A stretch of 64,000 nt of DNA, taken from NCBI GenBank assembly GCA_002269645.1, contig NIVC01000025.1, positions 434,001 to 498,000 on the forward strand. The letters are read 5' to 3'. The notes under the pieces are model-generated. The model saw only the letters and a program-made list of their open reading frames with translations. It did not search any database and was not told where the DNA came from. The position numbers were made by a program, and so were the translations under genes. Source of the DNA: Macrostomum lignano (Eukaryota). Shown here piece after piece: positions 50,349-62,332 of the stretch. The stretch's first letter is position 1. Each line of letters starts with the position of its first letter.

Positions 50349-51322
50349 TTTTGCAATCAATCTGGGCAGTGCACGCTGCAGCGGTATTTACCATAGAGTT
50401 TTTGCAATCAAGCTGGGCAGTGCACGCTGCAGCGGTATTTACCATAGAGTTTTTGCAATCAAGCTGGGCAGTGCACGCTGCAGCGGTATTTACCATAGAG
50501 TTTTTGCAATCAATCTGGGCAGTGCACGCTGCAGCGGTATTTACCATAGAGTTTTTGCAATCAAGCTGGGCAGTGCACGCTGCAGCGGTATTTACCATAG
50601 AGTTTTTGCAATCAAGCTGGGCAGTGCACGCTGCAGCGGTATTTACCATAGAGTTTTTGCAATCAAGCTGGGCAGTGCACGCTGCAGCGGTATTTACCAT
50701 AGAGTTTTTGCAATCAAGCTGGGCAGTGCACGCTGCAGCGGTATTTACCATAGAGTTTTTGCAATCAAGCTGGGCAGTGCACGCTGCAGCGGTATTTACC
50801 ATAGAGTTTTTGCAATCAAGCTGGGCAGTGCACGCTGCAGCGGTATTTACCATAGAGTTTTTGCAATCAAGCTGGGCAGTGCACGCTGCAGCGGTATTTA
50901 CCATAGAGTTTTTGCAATCAAGCTGGGCAGTGCACGCTGCAGCGGTATTTACCATAGAGTTTTTGCAATCAATCTGGGCAGTGCACGCTGCAGCGGTATT
51001 TACCATAGAGTTTTTGCAATCAATCTGGGCAGTGCACGCTGCAGCGGTATTTACCATAGAGTTTTTGCAATCAAGCTGGGCAGTGCACGCTGCAGCGGTA
51101 TTTACCATAGAGTTTTTGCAATCAAGCTGGGCAGTGCACGCTGCAGCGGTATTTACCATAGAGTTTTTGCAATCAATCTGGGCAGTGCACGCTGCAGCGG
51201 TATTTACCATAGAGTTTTTGCAATCAAGCTGGGCAGTGCACGCTGCAGCGGTATTTACCATAGAGTTTTTGCAATCAAGCTGGGCAGTGCACGCTGCAGC
51301 GGTATTTACCATAGAGTTTTTG
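50349..51322. repeat. 51-bp tandem repeat, about 19 near-identical copies
   Basis: Unit TTACCATAGAGTTTTTGCAATCAAGCTGGGCAGTGCACGCTGCAGCGGTAT. Only a CAAGC/CAATC variant is seen; no spacers. Confidence 0.97.
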
Positions 51323-51390
51323 ATATCCTAACTGAAAATCCTCATACGCTGCCTGCGAAGGGCCTTGCCTATGTCTTGCCTTAGTCTATT

Positions 51391-51500
51391 GGCCATGACT
51401 GCAAAAGCCAGGCAGTTGTGATAAAAAGCCACCCAAACTGAGTATTAGTCTTTTTTGTCTTTCTGTCCTTTTCTTTGCTTGGCTTTTGTAGTCTATGGCC
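51391..51500. mobile_element. About 110-bp miniature inverted-repeat element
   Basis: GGCCATGACTGCAAAAGCC versus GGCTTTTGTAGTCTATGGCC (reverse complement GGCCATAGACTACAAAAGCC). Confidence 0.5.
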
Positions 51501-52624
51501 CATACGGCTCAGCGAGCATAAATGATCGACTTGCGATCGTTTATTGACTAGAGTCAATTTTAATGGACTTACGAATTCTGCTAGCTTGCTACAATTTCTT
51601 ATTCTGAAAAAGTATTGCTAGATCACTGTGAAAGGAAAAAACGTTTTGCTAAGCCAGTTTTTTTTAGGAATGCTACTTCGCTTAAGGAATGCCAAAAACA
51701 AGAATATAATTGCAAAAATTTGCATTCTTTACAATTATTAAGAAATTAAGAATTGTAAAGAATTCAAATGTTTGTAATTATATTGTTTTTGTATAAACTT
51801 GTATAAACTGCTCTGCAGGCCTTTGGTCTTTTAAGCGATCTTACAGAACCAAGCTTGGGCGCGAAGTGGTTAAGAATCATTACTAGGTAATTAAACAAAA
51901 TTCGCACCAAGTTAAAAAAACAAATTAACTTTTATCAGCTTGATTTGACTCTACGGTCTATGATTGAGTGCAGTTCTGTGACTGCTGACAATCTATGTTT
52001 TACTTCTTGGACAAATTTTCGACTTTACTTTCGACATTCAACAGAGCTAATTGTTTCCTCAGCAAATCATTGCTACAAAAAACGGGTCAAGGATAAAGAT
52101 TCCAAATATGCCCCCATCCCCATTAGTATGTATGACTGATTCCAGTTTACTTAATCCCGATAGGAAATTTTTATTTAGTTACCTTGCTATAGGTTATTTG
52201 CCTCATAGCGTATCAAATGTGAAGCGAGCTGTTTTTCATGGTCGGATGATTCAAATATCCCGGACGGAATCCTTCTCAATAAGCTAATCAGGGACGCAGG
52301 GCTCAAGTCAGTACGTAGGCGATTTCCACCTGAGTCTATCTGGGGTAGCATCTTAAAGCAAGCAATCTTCAAATCACTTTCAATCTCCGTTTGAAATTTG
52401 ACGCTCGAATAATTTTTTTGGAAAAGCTTGCTTTGGTCAGTTTTTTCTCCCCAACAACTACGGGATTAGGAGAAGGGACTGTAGGACCTCCCCTGGCTGT
52501 GGCGTCTAAATCCCATTGGCCGCCTGAATTCGGATAAAATCTTATATATGTCCAGGATTTGCAAGCCTGATCGAGCTTGACTTTGCCTGAAAAACTGTCT
52601 GAAGGCAGCTTTAGAGAGCCGGGC

Positions 52625-53680
52625 ATGTCGTATCCATCGTCGACTCCGGATCCCGGCAGCTCGAATGACAGCTTTGCGACGCCGCTTGACACGACCGTTG
52701 CTGTCGATCCCGGATGGCAACTGCTGAACAGTCCGGGATGGCGCATCAGCGCGCTCGTGTTCCTCGTCTTACTGGCTGGCATCGGGACGACTGGCAACGT
52801 CACAATCTTGATCGTGTTGGCCAGGTTCAAGACGCTGCAGAACGGCATCAACGCCTGCGTTGGCAACATCGCCGTCTGCGACCTGCTGGTTTGCGTCCTC
52901 ATCCTGCCGCTGGTGTTCGCCCAGCGCTTCGCCGGCTCCAGGCTGCTCGGCGACGATGTCTGTCTGGCCAGCGGCTGCGCCCTCTTCGTCTGCGTCGGCG
53001 TGGCCAATTCCAGCTTCGCTCTGATTGGACTCAATCGATACGCATTCGTCCTACACCAGGCTGCCTACCATCGCTGCCTGGAGGGAGCGGGTCACGTGAT
53101 CATCCGCCTGATCGCCAACTGGACTCTCTGGCTAGCACTAAGCGGTGTTGTCTTCTGGCAGCGCGCATTCAAGTACGTGCCGGACAGTTATTTGTGCTTC
53201 TTTGGCGACGACGGCAAAAGTAACATGGCACTCGCGCTAGCCGTCATGTTGCTGATGGTGACCACACCATCCGCTGTGGCCGGCTTCTGCTACGGTCGCG
53301 TACTCGCCCACGTCGTGGCCTCACGCAGGCGTATCCAGGACCTTGTCGCCGGGGCCAGGCAGATTGCTGAGCAGCGCAAGCTGATCCGCTCGCTGAGCTC
53401 AGTGATGCTCAACTACGTGCTGTTCAACCTGCTCTGGCTGCCCTACTTCTGTCACGTGACTTTCATACGATTTATCACTGAACGAAAACCGATTGCGCTG
53501 CACAACTTCATGGTCTGGCTGGCCCTGTGCAGCTGTTCAGTGAAGCCGCTGCTTCAGCTGACGCTCAACGCCGAGTTCAGGCGGAAAGTTCAGGTGTTGG
53601 GCAGCGGATGCACCAGCAGGGGCCGCAACTCCAGCGGCCCGGCTAGGCCGACCAAGAGCAATGTGGGAGTTGTGGGTTGA
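52625..53680 (+). CDS. Intronless class A (rhodopsin-like) GPCR, 351 aa, melatonin-receptor/Tre1-Moody-like
   Basis: ATG at 52625 (the track start at 52577 is TTG). Seven hydrophobic segments: TM1 GN, TM2 NIAVCDLL, TM3 C...IGLNRY, ECL2 YVPDSYLCFF, TM6 WLPY, helix 8 NAEFRRK. Confidence 0.9.
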   Translation: MSYPSSTPDPGSSNDSFATPLDTTVAVDPGWQLLNSPGWRISALVFLVLLAGIGTTGNVTILIVLARFKTLQNGINACVGNIAVCDLLVCVLILPLVFAQRFAGSRLLGDDVCLASGCALFVCVGVANSSFALIGLNRYAFVLHQAAYHRCLEGAGHVIIRLIANWTLWLALSGVVFWQRAFKYVPDSYLCFFGDDGKSNMALALAVMLLMVTTPSAVAGFCYGRVLAHVVASRRRIQDLVAGARQIAEQRKLIRSLSSVMLNYVLFNLLWLPYFCHVTFIRFITERKPIALHNFMVWLALCSCSVKPLLQLTLNAEFRRKVQVLGSGCTSRGRNSSGPARPTKSNVGVVG

Positions 53681-54112
53681 GCACGCGGCCACGACTTAAT
53701 TAGTTTGCTGTAAACAAGCTTGCGAGATGGCTTTTGTGTCCTAATCAAACCTCTTTTTTTTAGAATATATCGTTTCGGACTCAAATTAATTCCCCACCTG
53801 TTGGGAAGTCTTTTAGGTTCAATATCGCCTGACAAAGAATTCTGTTTTATTCACCGTTACCTTTATGAGGCCGTGTTCTCAAATCGTTCTTTTTGTTTAT
53901 TCTGGTCTCTTAGTTGCATTATTTTACACTAGTTAAAAACTTACTTTCCCCACTCTGATAAGACTAGCTAAGCTTGTCATTAAATCTGTCAATCTGTATT
54001 TTCTTATTGCCTACAATAGTCATATTTTTGCTCTGTAAATCTGTATTTCTGCTTTGCGCCCCTGTCCATCATGGCTTTGTTTGCACTATTGACATATTTC
54101 ACTAGAGGCTGG

Positions 54113-54137
54113 TCTGCCTGCCTGCCTGCCTGCCTGG

Positions 54138-54172
<35 letters not shown>

Positions 54173-54185
54173 GCTGCCTGCCTGG

Positions 54186-54280
<95 letters not shown>

Positions 54281-54281
54281 C
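54113..54281. repeat. (CTGC)n microsatellite
   Basis: Directly visible. Confidence 0.95.
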
Positions 54282-54328
54282 CCGTGCCCGTACGTGACAA
54301 TCTCTGTTGTTTGATAATTTTAATAGGT

Positions 54329-54511
54329 GTAATTTCTAAATAATGTAATTTCTAAATAATGTAATTTCTAAATAATGTAATTTCTAAATAATGTAATTTC
54401 TAAATAATGTAATTTCTAAATAATGTAATTTCTAAATAATGTAATTTCTAAATAATGTAATTTCTAAATAATGTAATTTCTAAATAATGTAATTTCTAAA
54501 TAATGTAATTT
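54329..54511. repeat. 16-bp tandem repeat (AATTTCTAAATAATGT)n, about 11 copies
   Basis: Directly visible. Confidence 0.95.
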
Positions 54512-54518
54512 GTAGAGG

Positions 54519-56578
54519 CCAGACAGATGCCAGTAGCGCCCAGACAGATGCCAGCAGCGCCCAGACAAATGCCAGTAGCGCCCAGACGAATGCCAGTAGC
54601 GCCCAGACAGATGCCAGTAGCGCCCAGACAAATTCCAGTAGCGCCCAGACAAATGCCAGTAGCGCCCAGACAAATGCCAGTAGACAGATGCCAGTAGCGC
54701 CCAGACAGATGCCAGTAGCGCCCAGACAAATGCCAGTAGCGCCCAGACAGATGCCAGTAGCGCCCAGACAGATGCCAGTAGCGCCCAGACAGATGCCAGT
54801 AGACAGATGCCAGTAGCGCCCAGACAGATGCCAGTAGCGCCCAGACAAATTCCAGTAGCGCCCAGACAGATGCCAGTAGCGCCCAGACAGATGCCAGTAG
54901 CGCCCAGACAGATGCCAGTAGCGCCCAGACAAATGCCAGTAGACAGATGCCAGTAGCGCCCAGACAGATGCCAGTAGCGCCCAGACAAATTCCAGTAGCG
55001 CCCAGACAGATGCCAGTAGCGCCCAGACAAATGCCAGTAGACAAATGCCAGTAGCGCCCAGACAGATGCCAGTAGACAAATGCCAGTAGCGCCCAGACAG
55101 ATGCCAGTAGCGCCCAGACAGATGCCAGTAGCGCCCAGACAGATGCCAGTAGCGCCCAGACAGATGCCAGTAGCGCCCAGACAAATTCCAGTAGCGCCCA
55201 GACAGATGCCAGTAGCGCCCAGACAAATTCCAGTAGCGCCCAGACAGATGCCAGTAGCGCCCAGACAAATTCCAGTAGCGCCCAGACAGATGCCAGTAGC
55301 GCCCAGACAAATTCCAGTAGCGCCCAGACAGATGCCAGTAGCGCCCAGACAAATTCCAGTAGCGCCCAGACAGATGCCAGTAGCGCCCAGACAAATTCCA
55401 GTAGCGCCCAGACAGATGCCAGTAGCGCCCAGACAAATTCCAGTAGCGCCCAGACAGATGCCAGTAGCGCCCAGAAAAATGCCAGTAGACAAATGCCAGT
55501 AGCGCCCAGACAGATGCCAGTAGACAAATGCCAGTAGCGCCCAGACAGATGCCAGTAGCGCCCAGACAGATGCCAGTAGCGCCCAGACAGATGCCAGTAG
55601 CGCCCAGACAGATGCCAGTAGCGCCCAGACAAATTCCAGTAGCGCCCAGACAGATGCCAGTAGCGCCCAGACAAATTCCAGTAGCGCCCAGACAGATGCC
55701 AGTAGCGCCCAGACAAATTCCAGTAGCGCCCAGACAGATGCCAGTAGCGCCCAGACAAATTCCAGTAGCGCCCAGACAGATGCCAGTAGCGCCCAGACAA
55801 ATTCCAGTAGCGCCCAGACAGATGCCAGTAGCGCCCAGACAAATTCCAGTAGCGCCCAGACAGATGCCAGTAGCGCCCAGACAAATTCCAGTAGCGCCCA
55901 GACAGATGCCAGTAGCGCCCAGACAAATGCCAGTAGACAAATGCCAGTAGCGCCCAGACAGATGCCAGTAGACAAATGCCAGTAGCGCCCAGACAGATGC
56001 CAGTAGCGCCCAGACAGATGCCAGTAGCGCCCAGACAGATGCCAGTAGCGCCCAGACAGATGCCAGTAGCGCCCAGACAAATTCCAGTAGCGCCCAGACA
56101 GATGCCAGTAGCGCCCAGACAAATTCCAGTAGCGCCCAGACAGATGCCAGTAGCGCCCAGACAAATTCCAGTAGCGCCCAGACAGATGCCAGTAGCGCCC
56201 AGACAAATGCCAGTAGCGCCCAGACAGATGCCAGTAGCGCCCAGACAAATTCCAGTAGCGCCCAGACAGATGCCAGTAGCGCCCAGACAAATTCCAGTAG
56301 CGCCCAGACAGATGCCAGTAGCGCCCAGACAAATTCCAGTAGCGCCCAGACAGATGCCAGTAGCGCCCAGACAAATGCCAGTAGCGCCCAGACAGATGCC
56401 AGTAGCGCCCAGACAAATGCCAGTAGCGCCCAGACAGATGCCAGTAGCGCCCAGACAAATGCCAGTAGCGCCCAGACAGATGCCAGTAGCGCCCAGACAA
56501 ATTCCAGTAGCGCCCAGACAGATGCCAGTAGCGCCCAGACAAATTCCAGTAGCGCCCAGACAGATGCCAGTAGCGCCC
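54519..56578. repeat. 21-bp minisatellite (CCCAGACAGATGCCAGTAGCG)n with 14-bp deletion variants and a 448-bp higher-order period
   Basis: Visible units. Explains the MPVAPRQ, SGRYWHL and GATGICL ORFs. Confidence 0.97.
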
Positions 56579-56609
56579 ACCTATTTACCTACAAAGCTAC
56601 TAACAGATA

Positions 56610-56784
56610 ATGATGCTGTTTTCATTCCAGCGGCGTCTGAACTTTTTCGGCTCAGCAGTCCAGCTGCGGCCTCTGCTGCTGCTGCTGTTGCTATTGGCAA
56701 CTGAAGTCGAGCTGTGCAAATCTTCGGGGCGAAAAAAAATCACCCGGAAACAAGCAAAATTGGCTGTTGATTGCGCCACGGCAG
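56610..56784 (+). CDS. Exon 1 of secreted thermonuclease gene (signal peptide)
   Basis: ATG at 56610: MMLFSFQRRLNFFGSAVQLRPLLLLLLLLATEVELCKSSGRKK.... Strong donor GCAG|GTGAGT at 56785, phase 1, matching the exon 2 acceptor. Confidence 0.65.
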
Positions 56785-56812
56785 GTGAGTCCAATTCGGA
56801 ATGGTTTACAGC

Positions 56813-58570
56813 AGATGAGGCATTGGGAGATGAGGCACAGGGAGATGAGGCATTGGGAGATGAGGCATTGGGAGATGAGACATTGGGAGATGAGGCATTG
56901 GGAGATGAGGCACAGGGAGATGAGGCATTGGGAGATGAGGCATTGGGAGATGAGGCATTGGGAGATGAGGCATTGGGAGATGAGGCATTGGGAGATGAGG
57001 CATTGGGAGATGAGGCATTGGGAGATGAGGCACAGGGAGATGAGGCATTAGGAGATGAGGCATTGGGAGATGAGGCATTGGGAGATGAGGCATTGGGAGA
57101 TGAGGCATTGGGAGATGAGGCATTGGGAGATGAGGCATTGGGAGATGAGGCATTGGGAGATGAGGCATTGGGAGATGAGGCACAGGGAGATGAGGCATTA
57201 GGAGATGAGGCATTGGGAGATGAGGCATTGGGAGATGAGGCATTGGGAGATGAGGCATTGGGAGATGAGGCATTGGGAGATGAGGCATTGGGAGATGAGG
57301 CATTGGGAGATGAGGCATTGGGAGATGAGGCATTGGGAGATGAGGCATTGGGAGATGAGGCATTGGGAGATGAGGCATTGGGAGATGAGGCATTGGGAGA
57401 TGAGGCATTGGGAGATGAGGCACAGGGAGATGAGGCATTGGGAGATGAGGCATTGGGAGATGAGGCATTGGGAGATGAGGCATTGGGAGATGAGGCATTG
57501 GGAGATGAGGCATTGGGAGATGAGGCATTGGGAGATGAGGCATTGGGAGATGAGGCATTGGGAGATGAGGCATTGGGAGATGAGGCACAGGGAGATGAGG
57601 CATTAGGAGATGAGGCATTGGGAGATGAGGCATTGGGAGATGAGGCATTGGGAGATGAGGCATTGGGAGATGAGGCATTGGGAGATGAGGCATTGGGAGA
57701 TAAGGCATTGGGAGATGAGGCATTGGGAGATGAGGCATTGGGAGATGAGGCATTGGGAGATGAGGCATTGGGAGATGAGGCATTGGGAGATGAGGCATTG
57801 GGAGATGAGACATTGGGAGATGAGGCATTGGGAGATGAGGCATTGGGAGATGAGGCACAGGGAGATGAGGCATTAGGAGATGAGGCATTGGGAGATGAGG
57901 CATTGGGAGATGAGGCATTGGGAGATGAGGCATTGGGAGATGAGGCATTGGGAGATGAGGCACAGGGAGATGAGGCATTGGGAGATGAGGCACAGGGAGA
58001 TGAGGCATTGGGAGATGAGGCATTGGGAGATGAGGCATTGGGAGATGAGGCATTGGGAGATAAGGCATTGGGAGATGAGGCATTGGGAGATGAGGCACAG
58101 GGAGATGAGGCATTGGGAGATAAGGCATTGGGAGATGAGGCATTGGGAGATGAGGCACAGGGAGATGAGGCATTAGGAGATGAGGCATTGGGAGATGAGG
58201 CATTGGGAGATGAGGCACAGGGAGATGAGGCATTTGGAATGGAGGCATTTTCCCCTAACAAAAACAGCTACAGCTACCCAGATCCCGGAGCAGAGACGCT
58301 GCTAGTTCAAGTACCGACCTGAGTGCGTTCCGTGCACATGACTTGGAGATGAGGCATTGGGAGATGAGGCATTGGGAGATGAGGCATTGGGAGATAAGGC
58401 ATTGGGAGATGAGGCATTGGGAGATGAGGCACAGGGAGATGAGGCATTGGGAGATAAGGCATTGGGAGATGAGGCATTGGGAGATGAGGCACAGGGAGAT
58501 GAGGCATTAGGAGATGAGGCATTGGGAGATGAGGCATTGGGAGATGAGGCACAGGGAGATGAGGCATTTG
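56813..58570. repeat. 15-bp minisatellite (GATGAGGCATTGGGA)n in the nuclease intron, ending in a 334-bp tandem duplication
   Basis: Arrays at 56813-58235 and 58346-58570. The unique tail at 58231-58345 is repeated at 58565-58679. Confidence 0.95.
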
Positions 58571-58959
58571 GAATGGAGGCATTTTCCCCTAACAAAAACA
58601 GCTACAGCTACCCAGATCCCGGAGCAGAGACGCTGCTAGTTCAAGTACCGACCTGAGTGCGTTCCGTGCACATGACTTGGCCTTTCATCTTGTTTTTCTT
58701 TTAGTCTCATTGAGAAAATAAGATTTCAGCATTTCTAGGCTGTATTTTATTAGTGCTCCCGCTGTTTCTGAGAAGCCGAAATGTTGATTAATTTCCGTGT
58801 TGAAATACTCGCGTTAATCCCATTGTGTAAGACTGCTGTCCGTCCATCTAGCTTATTAGATTCAAGCAATTGGCAACATTTCCCTTCTCTAGCTATCGTC
58901 AGAGCTTGATGGCAGTTTAAATGTCTATGGCCACTCTTTCTTGCGATTGGTTTAACGAG

Positions 58960-59194
58960 GTACACAAGCGCGCGGATACGTACGCAGTCATACGCACAGG
59001 CACACACTCACACAAGAGTGTACAGCGGCCCTCACTGTGCCCTGGGTGTTGGCCCTCAAGGCCGTTAATTACACGAGCAGAGCCAAGCCGAGATTCTAAT
59101 TTAGCCCCAAAGTAAAGTGACGACTGCATTTGGGAATCGAGCCTGGGCCGCTGGCACATCAGAGTGCCGCGCTGGACCACTAGGCTGGCTACCC
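58960..59194 (-). mobile_element. tRNA-derived SINE, same family as 5940-6156
   Basis: Minus strand CAGCCTAGTGGTCCAGCGCGG (A box) ... GGCTCGATTCCC (B box). Homologous body. Confidence 0.75.
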
Positions 59195-59659
59195 AGACTA
59201 ATAGTCCCCCACACACTTTGAGTCACCGAGTCATCAGTCTCATGTTTCACCACCTGCGCTAGTCAGTCATAAACGCGTGCAACACGAAACCTCGTTGACC
59301 GCCAAGTGTCGCTTTGCTACAGAACGAGCTGTAACCTTTATGTTCCCTGGTTCCAACCTTCGACGTCTTTGAAGGACAGCTTTTCTGCCCCAAAATAAAT
59401 TCAGTGTGGTGTGCGTGTTCAAAAAGTCTTCTACATTGATGAAGCTACCGATTTTGATTCAACGATACTGTGCGACATTAGCGGCCCTTGAGCTAGCTGG
59501 CTTCTCCGCTGAGTAGCAGAAGTCTTGGCAATTTGTAGCTGTGATGACCGGGTATGCAATAACTTTTAGCTGCATGCGAATCGCAGACAGCTCGCAACAA
59601 ACTCGGGATGTCTTCATTTTGTCTCAGTGTCAGTCTTTCTTAGTTTCTGTCTTAGTTTC

Positions 59660-60004
<345 letters not shown>

Positions 60005-60103
60005 TCAGTGGCTATTGATTATAAAATATGCTTTGTATACTACTGTCTCAAAGTAAGTAGCATCGCAAACAAGTAGCATGCGCACACAACCCACACGCTA
60101 CAG

Positions 60104-60597
60104 AGAAGTACCTCTGCGGCTCCGTTGCTTCCATCCACGACGCCGACTCGCTGCGGGTCCGGGCCGACGGCGACCTGACGACCTCGACGACGCGGATTCG
60201 ACTGGCGCAGATCGACGCGCCCGAGCTCGACCAGGAGTTCGGCGCCGATGCCTTATCGGCGCTAGTTCGGCGCCTCCCGGTTGGCAGCCGCGTCTGCGTG
60301 GTCTCGCCTGGGCTCGACCGCTACGGCCGCGTGCTCGGCTTCGTCTGCCATGGCAACAGCGACATCAACCGATGGCTGGTGGCCGGCGGCCTCGCCTGGT
60401 GCTACCGCGGCCGCTGCTGCCCGGAGTACCGCGCTGAGCAGGCCGAGGCAAAGCGCAGCGGTCGCGGCCTCTGGGGCCGTGCGGTGCCACCTGTGGAGCC
60501 GTGGGTGCACCGGCAGCGGCGGCGGGAGCAGCGGAAGAACAATAAAGGGCGTCGTCCAAAAGGCGCCGCCGCCCAGCAGGGACGCGATTTCTTGTAA
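60104..60597 (+). CDS. Exon 2: staphylococcal-nuclease-like (SNase/thermonuclease) domain
   Basis: Acceptor CGCTACAG|AG at 60103. Reads KYLCGSVASIHDADSLRV...TRIRLAQIDAPELDQEFGADA...LDRYGRVLGFV...DINRWLVAGGLAW.Y...EAKRSGRGLW...PWVHR, with TAA at 60595-60597. Confidence 0.88.
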
Positions 60598-60745
60598 AGC
60601 GGAGTTTACCAAAGCGGGAAAGTTTATTGCCTGTTTTGTAGGGTCGAATCAATTATTTTCGGGTGCGACTTCCTACAAACTTCTGTAATAAGCAGTTCAC
60701 TGTGCTGACACACAGGGAGGTTTTGGATTACTCAAGCACGCAAAC

Positions 60746-61890
60746 TGAAGTGTTGGGTCACTCAAACATACCCCCTGAAGTGTTGGGTCACTCAAACATA
60801 CACCCTGAAGTGTTGGGTCACTCCAACATACCCCCTGAAGTGTTGGGTCACTCCAACATACCCCCTGAAGTGTTGGGTCACTGAAACATACCCCCTGAAG
60901 TGTTGGGTCACTGAATCATACCCCCTGAAGTGTTGGGTCACTGAAACATACACACTGAAGTGTTGGGTCACTGAAACATACACACTGAAGTGTTGGGTCA
61001 CTCCAACATACCCCCTGAAGTGTTGGGTCACTCAAACATACACCCTGAAGGGTTGGGTCACTCAAACATACACCCTGAAGTGTTGGGTCACTCCAACATA
61101 CCCCCTGAAGTGTTGGGTCACTCAAACATACACCCTGAAGGGTTGGGTCACTGAAACATACCCCCTGAAGTGTTGGGTCACTCCAACATACCCCCTGAAG
61201 GGTTGTGTCACTCAAACATACACCGTAAAGTGTTGGGTCACTCAAACATACACCCTGAAGGGTTGGGTCACTCAAACATACACCGTAAAGTGTTGGGTCA
61301 CTCAAACATACACCCTTAAGGGTTGGGTCACTCAAACATACACCGTAAAGTGTTGGGTCACTCAAACATACACCCTTAAGGGTTGGGTCACTCAAACATA
61401 CCCCCTGAAGTGTTGGGTCACTCCAACATACCCCCTGAAGTGTTGGGTCACTGAAACATACCCCCTGAAGTGTTGGGTCACTCAAACATACACCGTGAAG
61501 TGGTGGGTCACTCAAACATACGCCGTAAAGTGTTGGGTCACTCAAACATACACCCTTAAGGGTTGGGTCACTCAAACATACCCCCTGAAGTGTTGGGTCG
61601 CTCCAACATACCCCCTGAAGTGTTGGGTCACTGAAACATACACCGTGAAGTGTTGGGTCACTCAAACATACACCCTGAAGTGTTGGGTCACTGAAACATA
61701 CTCCCTGAAGTGTTGGGTCACTCAAACATACACCGTAAAGTGTTGGGTCACTCAAACATACACCCTTAAGGGTTGGGTCACTCAAACATACCCCCTGAAG
61801 TGTTGGGTCGCTCCAACATACACCCTGAAGTGTTGGGTCACTGAAACATACACCGTGAAGTGGTGGGTCACTCAAACATACACCGTGAAG
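60746..61890. repeat. 30-bp minisatellite (CACTCAAACATACCCCCTGAAGTGTTGGGT)n, about 38 copies
   Basis: Visible units. Explains the SDPTLQGVCL ORF. Confidence 0.97.
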
Positions 61891-62332
61891 TAGTGGTTTA
61901 TAAACTTGCTAGATCATTGATCTATCTAAACTGATAATGTTCTACATTGAGTATTTTTCTTTTTATATTTTGTTTTGGCAAAGCCAGCACCATTTTACAT
62001 GCTTGCTGTATTTTTTTATATTTTAATAACTTGGTTTAATGGTTTCTTTTTTTAAGAATTTTCTCTGTTTGGAAATCTTCCTTTTTCGTGCATATTCTAG
62101 AATTTTTTAATTAAAATTAATAACGTTTTATTCGATTGATATATTATTCAGCTTTCTGAATTAATCAACGTTTTTATTTGTGTAAGTGGAATTTTATTTG
62201 ACACAAAAAGAACAAATATACCTTTAAGATGATCTTTAATTGATTAAGAGTTCCGAGAGATTAACTTAGCAAACCCTAGAACAGTTAAGACAACCGGTAA
62301 CGTATTGCTAGTCGATATTCTCGAACGCCTTA

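Noticed and set aside
50287-51384. 51-bp array as CRISPR or as 326-351 aa proteins
   Set aside because: There are no unique spacers and the context is eukaryotic. Frames on both strands are open simply because 51 is divisible by 3.
52369-53034. 221-aa minus-strand ORF
   Set aside because: Antisense shadow of the GC-rich GPCR.
54464-56704. ORFs of up to 694 aa (SGRYWHL, GATGICL, MPVAPRQ)
   Set aside because: Translations of the 21-bp minisatellite, open in many frames on both strands.
56600-58261. Minus-strand SPNAS and MPHLP repeat ORFs
   Set aside because: Antisense translations of the 15-bp array, overlapping the better-supported plus-strand exon.
60916-61893. 319-aa SDPTLQGVCL repeat ORF
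   Set aside because: Translation of the 30-bp array, with no splice or signal support.
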